Shown piece by piece: positions 13,105-27,849 of a stretch of 64,000 nucleotides of DNA; positions within the stretch are counted from its first letter, which is position 1; the number at the start of each line of letters is the position of its first letter. Location: positions 3,224,001 to 3,288,000 of the forward strand of contig NC_043001.1 of NCBI RefSeq assembly GCF_006345805.1. Reading direction: 5' to 3'. The notes beneath the pieces were generated by a model. The model was given only the letters and a program-made list of their open reading frames with translations, searched no databases and was not told where the DNA came from. The DNA is from Octopus sinensis. Taxonomy: Eukaryota. A program made the translations under genes and the position numbers.

Positions 13105-14098
13105 GCTATATAAATACATGTTTATGTACACACTAATACGTACATACATATATATATATATTATATATATATATATAGTATATATATATATGGTGTGTGT
13201 GTGTTGTATATATATGTATATATACATATACATATGTGTGTGTGTGTGTCACAGTTCCCACTGAAAATTTTATATTAATCCCAACTAAAATAGCCATATT
13301 TATTTAGAAATCCAGACTTCTCGCTTAAAGACTTGCTTAAAGTGCAACCTTTGAAATAAGCCACTGTATTTGTCCTATCACATACCTGTGTTTATAAATA
13401 AATGCCACCTGTGGCCCCTTAATGTACCGTCATGCTCAAATCAATTCTCAAAAGACTTTAAAGAAAATAATTGATTTCGAACACCTAATACAACTAACAT
13501 AGCAAATGCCACCCGATCAGATTCTACCAAATTTTCAACACCTCCTAAGTAATGCGAAGTATCTGTTAGCTATCTCTGGCATCTACTGATATACACAGCT
13601 AACGTGCAACACTTGTAATTAAATCCAAACTTCAGTGAGCCTTTACAATAAGAATTATACAGGCCTCACAACAAATGTAACCAGTTCAGAAGAAAACAGC
13701 CAAATACATGCAACACAACTTTAACTGTCGAATTCGGAACAAAACTCTGTCATCTCTTTTTTTTAAAAAAACTACACTCTAAATTTTAACAAAGTTTATA
13801 TACTTTTCGTTTATTTTTTCCCTTCCTTATTCAACCATTCGTTCTTTCTTCCCCAAAACTCATTTTTCTGCCAACTCAGTTAAAAGGTTATTCAAGAATT
13901 TGGTTTATTCATCACAAAAATACACTACTAGACAATAAATTTTGTGAAGCTCTTTGCGACTGATGGAAAGAATGACTAAACGAAACACGCATACACATAC
14001 ACATGCGCGCATACACACACACAAACACACATACATGCATATATATATATATACATACATATATATATATTATATATGCATATATACATGTGTGTATT

Positions 14099-14129
<31 letters not shown>

Positions 14130-14912
14130 ATATACACACACACGCATATATGTATATGAATGACATGTACTTTTTTCCACCAATATGCTTGATATCTTGT
14201 CAAACTACCATAAAATTTCACTAAATGTTTGTACTTCTTTTAATACGTTTAAATCGCTTCTAACTAGAAGCATTCAAGACATTTTATTTAACATACAAAC
14301 TGAAACCTTTGCAATTTCTGAAACTTTCGCCTCACACATGAGACAAATAATTGTTTTCTTTTTTACCTTAAAAATATTCCATTCAATAAAACATCATTTG
14401 TACAAATATTTATACAAAATATTTTCAGAACCACTAAATAGTTCTAACTTTATTATCAGTAACAACATAAGCTGTATTTTACTCATATATTTCCGAGAAT
14501 TTGTCCGTTAGATAATTTTTTATTATTTTCAAAATTTCCATATGTGGCTTTGTTTGTTATTTTTGGTTACTTTTGTATATTTTGAACTAGTAACCACTTA
14601 CTCGAATCATGAGAATACCATATAATTACATGCAAATAAATAACAAAAAGTGTTTTATCTAGCAATGAAATAAAGAATTATGTATGAAAGTTAATAGTTT
14701 TATTACTGTTGGTTACCAGGCAGATATATCTTTCTATAAACAAAATATTTAGTAATTGAGAAAGAAATAAACAAACTTTTTTTCCTCTCTACTGATATAT
14801 TTCACTTTATTTTCTTATCAATGTTTTCCAGTCATTAGGTTTACACAAACACCAGGAAACATACACACATATTTGTGTAAAACTTACGTACATACACACA
14901 CACACACAACAC

Positions 14913-14991
<79 letters not shown>

Positions 14992-15609
14992 CTAAGTTTG
15001 TACTTAGAATATAGGTATATATTATATATAGTTGACATTAGTACGTGTATGTGCGTGTATCTATTTATATATAAGTATATGTTCATGTGTGTGTGCATTG
15101 TGGATATAAGCATATATACATTCTCACATGTATGTGAGTGCTTAAATAAACATTTATTCAATATTATGAAATTAAGGATGAAAAATTATCGTATTCATGA
15201 ATTTCAATGTATCAAATTGCAAAATATATATCTGATGCAAGCAACAATCAGAGAAAATTACATTTTCGTATGAGACCTTTATGTTTGCGTGTGTATATGA
15301 GTATGTATACACACGTACATACACGTATGCAAATATTAAGCAATTTCAACAATAATCTTTAATGATTAAGCATTTATAATATTTTATCAGTAATAATAAT
15401 GTGATTCCTTATAAAATGTTCCACTGAAACATAATATAAATAATTCTAATTTTCCATAGACAAAGGATATTTAGAATTTTCTGATGCGAATTCATAGATT
15501 TTATAGAAACGAGATTAATAAGTTAAAATGAAATGAAATGAAATAAAATTTCTGTCAAAGTTTCTGGAAGGTCTACTTCAAATGGGTGTTGTATATATAT
15601 GTACATGCA

Positions 15610-15686
<77 letters not shown>

Positions 15687-15721
15687 AAAGTATATACATA
15701 TATATATATGTATATATAAAA

Positions 15722-15764
<43 letters not shown>

Positions 15765-16655
15765 AAAAGTAAAATATATACATATATATATATATATATG
15801 TATATATAAAAGTATTATACATATATATATATATAAAAGTATATACATATATATATATATGTATATATAAAATTATATACATATACCAAGAAAGTGCTTT
15901 GAGTTGGAAATATATTATATTGGAAAAATGTTGTGCTCTGAACAATTAATTTCAGACACAAATAGAACATTATTAAAATAAAATTGTAAAGATTTATTAT
16001 ACCGCTGGATGTGTACAAAACCCATTATCCTAAGGTAAAAATAATGAAAATCTTAAGATTTAATATACTATATAAATATATGTGTGTTCATACACACACG
16101 CACACACACATACACATACATATGTATACAGACAGACACTGTTCATATATGTGGATCGATGTATATATAGACATATAAATTTCTCTTTATATATGTATTG
16201 TTTTATTCTTTTATGCAAATATGTATGCATATAAACATGTATAACGATGCATATTATATATATATAAATACATCTATGTTTGCGTGCGTACGTGTGTGTG
16301 TGTGTGTGTGTGTGTGCGGAGATACGAGTCATACCTGTGTTCCACAATTAGCCACTTAACTCATGTAAAAAAGGATAAGGTATTTCTTGTTGAATGAGAT
16401 CAATAAGAAACTCAAAATTGATTGAATTAATTAAAGCCACAACAGCAATATCTTTGTCAATAACACTTTTAAAATTGTAGACCTTCGAATATATTATACT
16501 AGACGCATTGACATCTACTCACATCTATCCCACAAATCTATCTATCTATCTATCTATCTTTCTATCTATCTGTCTATCTATTTATCTATATATCTATATA
16601 TTTATCTATCTATCTATCTACTATCTTTCTATCTCCCTCTCTATCTCTCTCTCGC

Positions 16656-16755
<100 letters not shown>

Positions 16756-18109
16756 ACGAAAAAAACAAAAGACAAAGACAGGTGGTATACAAAAGAAACA
16801 GATGTGTTACTATAATGCTCAGGAATAGAAAAACCTACGCTCTTCTACAGAAAGGGACACAGAAAAAAAACAAGGAGAGAAAAAAAGGAAAGAAAAAACC
16901 AAAAATAAAAATGTGTGTAGTGGCTAACGATCTATCATGGTGATATATATATATATATAATATATATATATATTTATGCATTTATTTCGTGCTACCAGAA
17001 TTGTCGACTGGTATATATCTATATGTAAGTATCTATGTATTGTAGAAAAATCTTGCTCAAGGCAGCTTTGCGTGGCACCGAATGTAAATGTGGTCTCGGC
17101 CTGGAAAAGCCTTGTCAGTCGATTAATAAATATGGATTCATAGACCGAGTAACAATGATCAGTTTTGCCTTACTTCGTGGTTAGACAATTTCGATGCATC
17201 ACATTTCAACCCTGACAATGTGAACTATTTTCCTTTGCTATATTACTGGTTGTGAATTTATATAAAGTCGTTGCATGTCAGTTTTACTTGCCAGCATGTT
17301 ATAAATATTTTTGTATCTCACCTCATTTTGTCATTTCATACTTATTTGGCGTTACTTTGACATGAATTCATTAAAAACATTATTTTCATATTCTCACAAT
17401 CCCTGAAAGAGAGCGTGCATTAACAAAAAAACAAAACAAAAAACAAAAACAAACTAAAGAATAATGAAATAAAGTTAAGTGAGCAGGACAAAATATAATC
17501 ACCGTTTTTTCAAATTTACCTGTAGGCGAGTGTTGTTGTTGGCTGGTATCGTTGAGTGACTTCCTTTAATATTCATAAATAATTGAATGGGGAATTGTTG
17601 TTGTTAAAGAAATCACTTTTGCTCTTCATACCGTTTCTCATGACATGAAATATCGGATTGTTCGTCAGAATTGGTCCCAAGACATTTTGAGCCAAAGTTT
17701 CGTGAAGAGGAGATCAAATATAAAGCCGGAGTTTGGAATGTAATTGCTGCGTTTATGGCTGAATCAGAGCTTACGAAATAGCGAGCTGAAACGAATTTTC
17801 CGGGAATTTGAAATAAAAAGATATTAAATCAACATCTTTCATTCTTCTTTATTATATCCTGGTCAGGAAGTAAAAGTTAAAATTTTTGGATATTCACACT
17901 TTTCCTGCTAAGGCGACTGAGAACTTGGCTACTGCGTTTGTGTCAGTTTCGCAATCACGAGTTACAGGGAGAAAATGACAGATTTTGTGAAGACAACACA
18001 CATTTTGGTGGCATAAAATGTATGCAAAATGTTTCACCAATTAAAAAATCAAACTTGAATGAGATCTTGATGCTGAGTTGACTACACACATTGTACGCAG
18101 CTGTTTTTA

Positions 18110-18375
18110 TTTGACATGTTTTACCAATTGATACGAAAACGATGTGGTGGACAACGAAAAGCCTGGCTGATGACAGTCAAGGCTGATCTAGAACACTACC
18201 TAGGCCCCCATGTCCATGGCGTTCGTCGCCGCAGGAATAAGGAGTGGTTGGAGATCACGCGGTCGTTAGCCTCAAATCGCCAGGCCTGGCTGGTATTTGT
18301 GAGAGATGCAGTATTGAGGATGAATGAAGCCAGCTCAACCCACCTCGGGTGAATGCTGTCTCAAGAAGAAAGAGA
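18110..18375 (+). mobile_element. RTE-clade LINE 3' fragment
   Basis: RKRCGGQRKAWLMTVKADLE...LASNRQAWLVFVRDAV...EASSTHLG* followed by a caagaagaaag tail. Confidence 0.7.
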
Positions 18376-21045
18376 ATGGATACGAAAGTATTTACTGCAA
18401 AAGTGCTTAGACAGATTCATAGACACAGCGTTCATGTAAGACAACTAGAAGAACTTTGTGTCTTTGTGAAGAAGAATACAATTTGTTAATGCTATCAGCT
18501 GTCGAAACTTTATTATCGTTTTACTGTCTCTAAATCCTACTTTGGTTTCCCGGAACATTATTCAGAATTAAAAATACGATTGTCTGGAAACGATATTTTG
18601 AGAAATGCATTTGTGGTACTAGACAACTCCAACTTTTCAGTAAAATTGATTTTGGCCCTGGAGAAGATCTCCGTCAACGCGGCAGATATCAAATTAGATA
18701 TGCAAAACTTTATACCAAGTATAGAACACAAAATATGGGGTATCTCAACTTACAAAGACCTTGCTGAGAGAGATTCAAGAAAATGACGGAACCACTGAGG
18801 AAACGAAGGAAATGTTAACGAAAATGCCTCTCCTACCTTGCCCCCCTCCCACTGGAAAGTAGACTTTGAATAGGCTGAAGGCTTGCTGTGGTGAAGTTTT
18901 AAAGACATAATATTCTGGTATTGAGTATTTTGCAGTTAAGACCAACCAAACTAGCGGAATGGAACGAGTAAATGCTGATAGATTATTTCATAAGATTGAT
19001 AATGCAAAGAACTTTGATAGAGGGGGGGTTAAGGCAGTGATCTGCTCATCACAAAAATTTACGTATGAAGAAATGTGGCGGAGTAAGAAAAAAAAGAACT
19101 ATTGATGCCATGAATACATTCGATGCGTTCGTAGCCCTTCTGCGTTATTTGAACAGTATTGCTTCTTTATAGTTGAGAGACTCGATGTAGCAGTTAAGAC
19201 CATTATTACAGAATTTTCATTTTAAAACATTGGGTGTGTACGTCATAGGTTTGGAGTTTATTGTTCGTTTGTGACCAGTTTATACGACACCCTTGTTTAT
19301 TTTCTCACTTTACAATTCAATGAGTGTTTCTACTCTCAATAAGAGTCTGTATTTCTATACAGTTGTGTAATGTATACAAGCGTTATTCACTGGTAGCTTT
19401 TATGTTTTATGTGGCTTAGTTCATTGCATTGACTTGATGTCAGTGAATGGGAAGGCAGTGGGGGGGGAGTATCGTGCATGTATAACCAATAAAACAGTTG
19501 CAGCGAAGAGTTTACTAAGTTTACGCTTGCAATTAAATTCATAAATCACTATAGTCATTTGTAGCGCGTTCTTGGATTTACAAGAATTTGGTTTGTTATT
19601 AACCAGATAGTTTTATATTCTAATTTTTATGTAGCATAATATTTGTACTAGTTTATGGCTTGGCTTAGTACCAATATTGTGTCTTCTGTTTAAAGAGTGC
19701 TTTAATACTGTGTTCACCTATTCTATTGTCACTTCACATTTTATTCATAAACTATACTTGTGTAATTTGTGTATTTTTAATTGGTTTCGTGTGACATATT
19801 TAATGCTTTACATACCTTCCTGTATTCTCCTGTTACTTGCCTTCTTTCTTTCTTTCGTTTTTAATATCTGCTATTAATTAGAGCTCGCTTTATCCTGTAA
19901 ATTTCCTTACTTAATATTTCTTTTGTGGAGGAGAATCTGGATGAGATTCTAAGAAAATAGAAGTCTTACTAAATTACATGTACAACCATTTAAGAATAGG
20001 CTACACACGATAACAGCTGAGATCCTGAACTTCTTGTTAGTCTACAACACACACAACAAATTACTAGTCTACTGTACGAGACCAAAATAATTTTTGGCTG
20101 TACTCGAGGCAAATTATATAAACAAAATGATGGTGTAGGTATGTGCTCTTCTTTAGAGCCCATCTTTGAGCAGTTCTAAGCTGTTATAATAGAGACACAG
20201 AAGTAGTCAAGAAATTAAAGAAATGCCAAGAAAATGATTTCATACTAAAATGTAACTTTCGGAGAAATATTAATAAAATCTGCTATCAAGACTTAATGTT
20301 TTAAATAGAAAACAATGGTTAAATCAAATTCGTTTACACCAAACAATACGACCGAATGTGTTTGTGGTGAAACCGAAGAGTGAACACATTTTTTAAAACG
20401 CATATAGTGTTTTCTGTGTTGGTGCTTTGATGAAAAGTAACAGCGACAATTACACAGCGGTAGATCGAGGATGTACGACAATTTAACTGATAGATAGCAA
20501 CAACAGTTGGCCTATCACGACTGGAAAACAAATGCAATATATTCATGGCGACAAAATCTGTATCTTTTCACTGCCAACGGTTTGTGATGAAATAAGAGTG
20601 GCGACGTTGAGCGGTTGTCTCAACACTCTAATAAACGAGATGTAATTTGTGAATAATTCGGCCGGTCTCAACGCTCTGCAGTTTGTGTTAACCTTCTGCG
20701 TGGACCGCCTGGCTAGAATGGAGGCACATTTCCAACATTATGCAAAGAGTTTTGGTGCTAAAAGCCGCTTTATATAAGGTATTTAGAGAATGTTCTAGAA
20801 AGTCGAATCACTGATAGCTTGACGCTGACTTGTCGGTTACTCGGTCGATCAAATGAAATTACTGTGAGTTGGTCATGATATCTGCTCACTATCTGGCAAT
20901 TCGGTTTCGAATCCGTTACAAATGTAAATGCTTAACTTCTAGAGACACTGAATGTCCACAGTAATACAAAATGTCAATGTAAAACCCCTACTTTGAAGAC
21001 CTTTTAGATTCCCCTTTATAAAGGAAGTACTTGATAAAGAAATGT

Positions 21046-21221
21046 ACAGGAGTGGCTGTGTGGTAAGAAGCTTGCTTCTCAGCCACATGGTTCAGAGTTC
21101 GGTCCCACTACGTGGCACGTTGGGCAAGTGATTTCTACTATAGCCTCGGGCCGACTAAAGCCTTGTGAGTGGATTTGGTAATGGAAACTGAAATAAACAC
21201 GTCGTATATATATATATACAC

Positions 21222-21265
<44 letters not shown>

Positions 21266-21277
21266 TATATGTATATG

Positions 21278-21309
<32 letters not shown>

Positions 21310-21550
21310 CGTGTGTGTGTGTGTGTGTGTAGTTGTTTGTCTGTTTTTTGTCCCCCCCCACCGTCGCTTGACTACCGATGTTGGTATGTTTACGTCCCAC
21401 TAAATTAGCGGTTCGGCAAAAGAGGCCGATAGTATAAGTACTAGGCTTACAAAGAATAAGTCCTGAGGTCGATTTGTTTGATTAAAGGCAGTGCCCCAGC
21501 ATGGACGCAGTCAAAATGAGAGAAACAAGTAAGAGAATAAAAAAATAAAT
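21046..21550 (+). mobile_element. Full-length tRNA-derived SINE with central (TA)n(TG)n
   Basis: Head caggagtggctgtgtggtaagaagc...gttc with A/B-box-like motifs; 3' body ttagcggttcggcaaaagag...ccagcatggacgcagtc; aligns with other copies in the window. Confidence 0.9.
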
Positions 21551-21684
21551 AAAACGAAAAATTATGAACACTGGCTAGTGTTACAAACTAATAAGCCAAA
21601 TCGTAGAATATTACAAGCTTAAATGTGTCAGGCACCAACTCCACATCTAAAATTACACCAAATCCAAATTTGTATTCCTAGGTA

Positions 21685-22136
21685 CATTAATCCCTCGACT
21701 ATCGCGGGTGTTACGTTCCAAAATACCCCGCGATAGGTTAAAATCCGCCAAGTAGAAGAATTACTGTCTAGTTTCTTAAAATTACTTTTATAATGCAAAG
21801 CAACACCACACATTCGCCTCCCGAGTTTCCTTTTCCATACAGTATGTGCCATTCTTTGTTTGCTCATCTACGGTACATTACGTATTTTCTTTTAACATAT
21901 TTTAATTAATGTGTTATAAAGAGTAGTACAGTACTGTATTTTTATTTATTTTTCGGCGTGAAATCGCTTATTTTACTGCAGAAATAATTAATATCTAACA
22001 AAAATATAAATACCTATCGACCACAGAAACTCCCGATATACTGAGGAGCCGATATAAATTTACATATATTAGCCAGAAAAATACGCGATGCACTAAGGAC
22101 GCGATAGGTGAACCGCGATGTGGAGAGTGATTAATG
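21685..22136. mobile_element. Tigger/pogo-type MITE (452 bp)
   Basis: TA|cattaatccctcgactatcgcgg ... ccgcgatgtggagagtgattaatg|TA: imperfect ~24-bp TIRs, TA TSD, internal cgcgatag repeats. Confidence 0.8.
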
Positions 22137-23360
22137 TATACAAATGCTTAAAATAAATGAGAACATGAAAAAAGACCGCTTAAAACAAGCAGAAAAGGAT
22201 ATTACAGCAAGTCATATCTGAATACTTCAAATAATCTAAAAAAGCACTGAAATTAAGAGCCTTTTAATCATAAATAATTTAATATTATTTTGAGTTATAA
22301 AGAAACTGGAGATGACTAACGAAAATAAAGATTTAACAGGAAATATGTAGACAGGCAAGTTCATGACTTCAGTTCTTGTGTTCGTTAGTCATATGCACCA
22401 ATCATATGTCATTTGCACCAATCTCCCGCTCGCTCACCTCTTAAAATAGGTTGAAATGCAGTTTATCTACAAGAAAGAACAAAATTCGCTGGAAAACATG
22501 AGTAAACAACACACCTATAATAAACAGAACCGTACATGTGTGTGTGTGTGTTACGCATATATGTATGCATGTATGATGTATGTATGTATGAAAAATGTAT
22601 ATATGAATGTGTATGTCTGTATAAATGTATGTATGTTTGTATGCTGCTTGTATGTATAAATTTATGTATATCTATATGAATGTTTGTATGTTTGTATTTA
22701 TGTATGTCTCTTCTCTTCAAAAGCCTGCATTTCTTCCAGAGTTCCAGCTGGCTAATTGAATACGCTTGATTGTCAGTAGAAGGATGTGTGATATGTATCA
22801 CATGAGCAACTCAGGGAATCTATAGCCGAGAGGTATAATATTCAAAGGCCACATCTGTACAGATGTAAACTTAAACAAAATAGCCTGTCTCTGTGTTGTC
22901 GTGACTGAAAGAGCAGCCAAATCCCCTTCAAAACAACATTCAATGTCATAAAAATTAGAAGTACACAATAGATAACGTAGTTCTTGAAACATCATGTCTG
23001 AGAAAAATGAGACAGGATGGTCAGTAGCCGGATCACCTTTGATTGTAGATTTAGTCAAATGGAACTGACTCGAGGCTAAATATTGACAATAACAACAGCA
23101 TCAGAAGTCTTGGGTAAAAACACCAACCACTCTGCTGCAGTTTGTTGGAATGGATTTGAAAGCTTTAATGGTGCTAGTGGTAGAGTGGTAAGGATGAGGA
23201 ATTTCAGGTCGAAACCCTCACGTATTTACTGTGTTGGGGTTGTAAAATCTGTGGCTGTTCAGTGCCTTGTTCTGAATTTGGGGTTATTTTGAGGAAAGTG
23301 TATTTAGATTAGATATGCGAAAGTTTAAAATTTCTAGAATTTTTCGAGACTATATTTTGG

Positions 23361-23450
23361 GCGCAGGCGTAGCTGTGTGGTAAGAAGCTTCCTTCCCGAC
23401 AACATGGCTCGGAGTTCAGTCCCACTGCGTTGCACCTTGGGATTACGTGT
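23361..23450 (+). mobile_element. SINE 5' fragment followed by (TA)n
   Basis: gcgcaggcgtagctgtgtggtaagaagcttcc...gttcagtcccactgcgttgcaccttggg. Confidence 0.8.
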
Positions 23451-23457
23451 ATGTATG

Positions 23458-23512
<55 letters not shown>

Positions 23513-23550
23513 GTATATATATGTATATATATATATGTATATATATTATG

Positions 23551-23581
<31 letters not shown>

Positions 23582-25419
23582 GTACATATATATACATATG
23601 TATATATATATATACATATATATACATATATATACATATCCGTAATAATGAAGGGTGAAATTAATTAATTTGGAATAATTATCAATTACACCAAGTAGTC
23701 TTCGGCATGTAAAAGCCTCATTCGAGGAAAATTTAAGCCCTTACAGTCCTTTAATCTCCCGCCTGAGATTGGTACCTTTTATATCAATCGCGAAAGATGA
23801 AATCTCTGGGTAGTATTTGAACTCATTGAGCAGAAACAAGCTGAAGCATCCTGCCCAAACTCTAATGATTTTGCTAATTCGCCAGCTTCAACATTTTTAA
23901 ACGGAATTATTGTTGTACAATGATCCCTTCAATATAAAGTATTTTCGGTAGATGTTGGTAATTTTAAATCACTCAAAGACCACCTAGTCTTTAGATTCGC
24001 TATTACTTTACCATTGTTTGGTCTCTGTTGATAAGCAAAGAGAAAATAAGGAAAATATGTCTAACTTGGTGTTAAGTGTACTTTTTACATTTTGTATTCT
24101 CGTTGTTTTGTGCGGTTTTTAGTCACCCCTTTTCCAGCAATGTCTGACAAGGCGGTTCACTCGGTATTGCAGCATAGTTATATTATTTGAGGTTTTTACA
24201 ATTATATAACGTGTGGTGTGTGGTGTGTGGTGTGTGGTGTGTTGGCTTGTGTTTACATTATGTTGGATACAAACATTTTCCAGTTTTCTAGTTTCTATAG
24301 TATCTTTTATTTTCTCTTTTATTTTTCGAGTTTTGTTTCGATTTTGTGTGATTTCCGTGTATTTCATTTGAGCTGTTGTTTTTTTACGAACTTAGTAAAA
24401 TTTAGCGTCTCATCAACCGTGCCTAATAACATAGCCTGTGTCTCCACCTTCATATATTTAGTTGAAGTGTCACCCATACAGCAACCATTCAGCATAAATG
24501 GTTGGACCTGTTGTAGGATCCAATCGCAGTAGATCAGAGTAGTCTCTCGACCTTCCACGTATTCTTATCTTTCAACAACTTCATTTTAACATTTCCTGGC
24601 TTTTGCTCGGCGTAACTAAGGCCAGGTGTATTGCTGCCCTTTCAAACACACTTCGCTAGAAACAACAACTTGAATCACACAGATAAACCTGCTTTGCATT
24701 CCAGAACACGTTTCACTTCTTAGTTTGTTTTTGTGGAACTTGAAAAAACCTCTTATTTTAAGATCCTCACCTTGTTATGCATACCAAACAGTAAGTCTCT
24801 TCCAGCGGCTATATTTCTTTCAAAATTTCCAGGCAGCTTTAGAAATATATTATAAATGACCCAAATATAGTCACAAATCTCAAAATTTTGTAGGAAGGAT
24901 GGAGTAAAACGACCCTAGTAAAACGACTGGTACTTAATGTCGTCGATCACAGAAATATGAAAGACAAAGTCAATAATGGGGTTTAAAACCAGAAAAGACA
25001 AAAAATATAACTCGATTCTGTAATATAATTATGTCAAACATTTTAACGATAAACCAACCAACCACTTTAATTGTCCTTGACGCGGGCACGGGGCCTGGCA
25101 TCTGGAAGCAGGGGTTGGTCAGTTATTTCAAATCCAGTACTGAAGAGATTTTTATTAAGAAATGATTTCAAAGTAAGAATTTTACTGATGATCTTTGATG
25201 AGAAGATGGAAGCCGAGTGCTTTTACTGATGTCGAAGCAGCGTCTCAGTAGAAATGAGGACGTTGTCGATGAAAAGTGCAAACAGACACTCATCTGCCCC
25301 ACCCCCACTAATTAACACCGAAAAGAAATGAGACAAGGAAATGCTGCTAATTTGGGTTAACCACAATCACCACCACCACCACCAACATCACCCCCACCAC
25401 CACTATAGCAACAGCAAGT

Positions 25420-25760
25420 GGAGGTGCAATGGCCCAGTGGTAAGGGCAGCAGACTCGCGAAAACACTTAAAATCTCCACTAGGCTCCGGCAGAGGGTGGG
25501 GGAGGCCACCCCTGTTGTACTCTTTCGCCCCAAATGTCTCTCATTCTTTCTTCTTGTTTCTTGTCCCCGACTTCCTACGCAACCGCTGAGCCTGGATGCA
25601 CATTCATCCATCCGTCGATGGTCTAGGTGTCGGGGGTTGACCTGCTTTCTCTTCTGCGGGTCTTACGAATAGCAAAGGACCACGATTCGGACTTCTCCCA
25701 CTGCGAGCTCTGGGATGAAGACCGCTTCGCTCAACAGCAACAGCAACAACAATAACAATA
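25420..25760 (+). mobile_element. tRNA-derived SINE, second family, with internal deletion and CAA-rich tail
   Basis: Head ggaggtgcaatggcccagtggt shared with 35094; different 3' body. Confidence 0.8.
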
Positions 25761-26279
25761 TTAACTAGTTGTTTACATTTTCGTAGTTACCGTAAATATA
25801 GTCCACTTTCATGTCACACAATTCCACATTCAGTGAAGGTGAAACTCCAGAAGCTTTTTTTCATATTTCATGAATATATAATATTTAATATTTATAACCT
25901 AATTACAGAAGCTTGTAAGAAATCAGGGGTAGGGGAGAGGGGAAGCTTCCTTTTTATTTTAATATTGACAAATGCATTATTTTCTCAGAAACATTATTTC
26001 CTTTCGCCTACCCTACACCCAACCTAAAAAACAAAAAATTTTGCCCTTCCATAATTGCTTTCAGCGACCATATTTCAAGTAATTTATTAAACGAAACCAA
26101 TGACATGGCTCCGTTCATAAATCAATTAAACAAGTCCATATTAACGCTATCTTGTGAATCAGTGAGTAGTTTTGAAAATGACTTAAGGCCTTGCTGATAA
26201 TGTTGGTTCAACAATAAAACATATTGAAATGTAGAGTAAACAACAATGGGATGATAATAATAATAATAACAAAAAGATG

Positions 26280-26745
26280 GAGGAGGTGGAGGAAGAAGGG
26301 TGGAGGAACAGGATGGGGAGGAGGAAGTGTGAAGCAGAAGGAAGGGGGGATGGGGAAGAGAAACAAGAGATGGAAAGGGAGAAAGGGAAGAAATAATAAG
26401 GAAAAAGAAGTGAGAAGTTAAGATGAATGGAAAAGAATTGGAGAAGGAAGAGAAAGATGAGGAGAAGGGAAATACAAAAGAAGAAGAAGAAGTAGAAGAA
26501 GAAGAAGAAGAAGAAGAAGAAGAAGAAGAAGAAGAAGAAGAGAAGAAGAAGAAGAAGAAGAGAAGAAGAAGAAAGAAGACGAAGACAAGAAGAAGAAGAA
26601 GAGAAGAAGAAGAAGAAGAAGAGAAGAAGAAGAAAAGAAAAAAAAGAAGAAGAAGAGAAGAAGAAGAAGAAGAAGAAGAAGAAGAAGAAGAAGAAGAAGA
26701 AGAAGACGAAGACGAAGACAAGAAGAAGAAGAAGAAGGAAAAGGT
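26280..26745. repeat. Purine-rich (GAA)n/(GGA)n tract
   Basis: Nearly all-purine plus strand with several pure GAA runs. Confidence 0.95.
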
Positions 26746-26979
26746 TGTGAATAAAAATAACAATAGAAGGAAATGGAAAAACGTAGGAGTTTGTTGGTCG
26801 TTTCTCTAATATGGAAAGCGACAGATTAAAATTAAAGAGAAAATAAAATAAAATTTTATAGGAATCAGTTTAGGGTAAAAACTATAAATGTTTTGTGCGA
26901 ACCAACTATATGAGGATGAAGTCTTCCTCTTCAGGAACGATGTCTGTGTGCATACATGATATATATGTATGTGTGTGTG

Positions 26980-27019
<40 letters not shown>

Positions 27020-27222
27020 TAGCTGAAATTTATAGAAAAACGAAAGAGGAATACAGGTGCATGAACAATTAGCAAGTGTATTAGGTTCACGCTCGGGAGA
27101 AAGGAAAAGTGTTTTACGCTTGCTGCCTACGCTCTTCAACAGAAAGGTATAAGAGGAAATAAACAGAGAGAGGATGAAAACAACTTGTAGAGTTCAGAGT
27201 ATATGTGTGTGTGTGCTTGTAT

Positions 27223-27264
<42 letters not shown>

Positions 27265-27687
27265 ATATATAAATGGCGGTGCCCCAGCATGGCCCCAGCT
27301 CAAGAGCTGAAACTAGAATCAATCAATCAATCAATCATATATATATATATATATATATAATATATATATATATAGATATATATATATAATATATATATAT
27401 ATGTATATATATATACATACATATATATATATACATATATATACATGTATATATATACATATATATACATATATATACATATGTATATACATATATATAT
27501 ATACATATGATTTATTCATATATATATATGTACGCACATTTATATAAACATAAATATATATGTATATATATATATATGTATATATATACGTGTATATATA
27601 CATACGCCCACACACACACGCACATATCTATATATATATAGATGTTTTTGTAGAAAGAAAATGGATTGGGGTTCGATGTGAGCAGAA

Positions 27688-27740
<53 letters not shown>

Positions 27741-27849
27741 AGAGTGGTGGGTAGGGATTGTGTGAGATTGTCGTGTTTAGCCATTTAGAACTGCTGAATT
27801 GTGTTTAATTTTGTTTATTGCCGCTAAGACGACATCAGGGGCACCAAAC

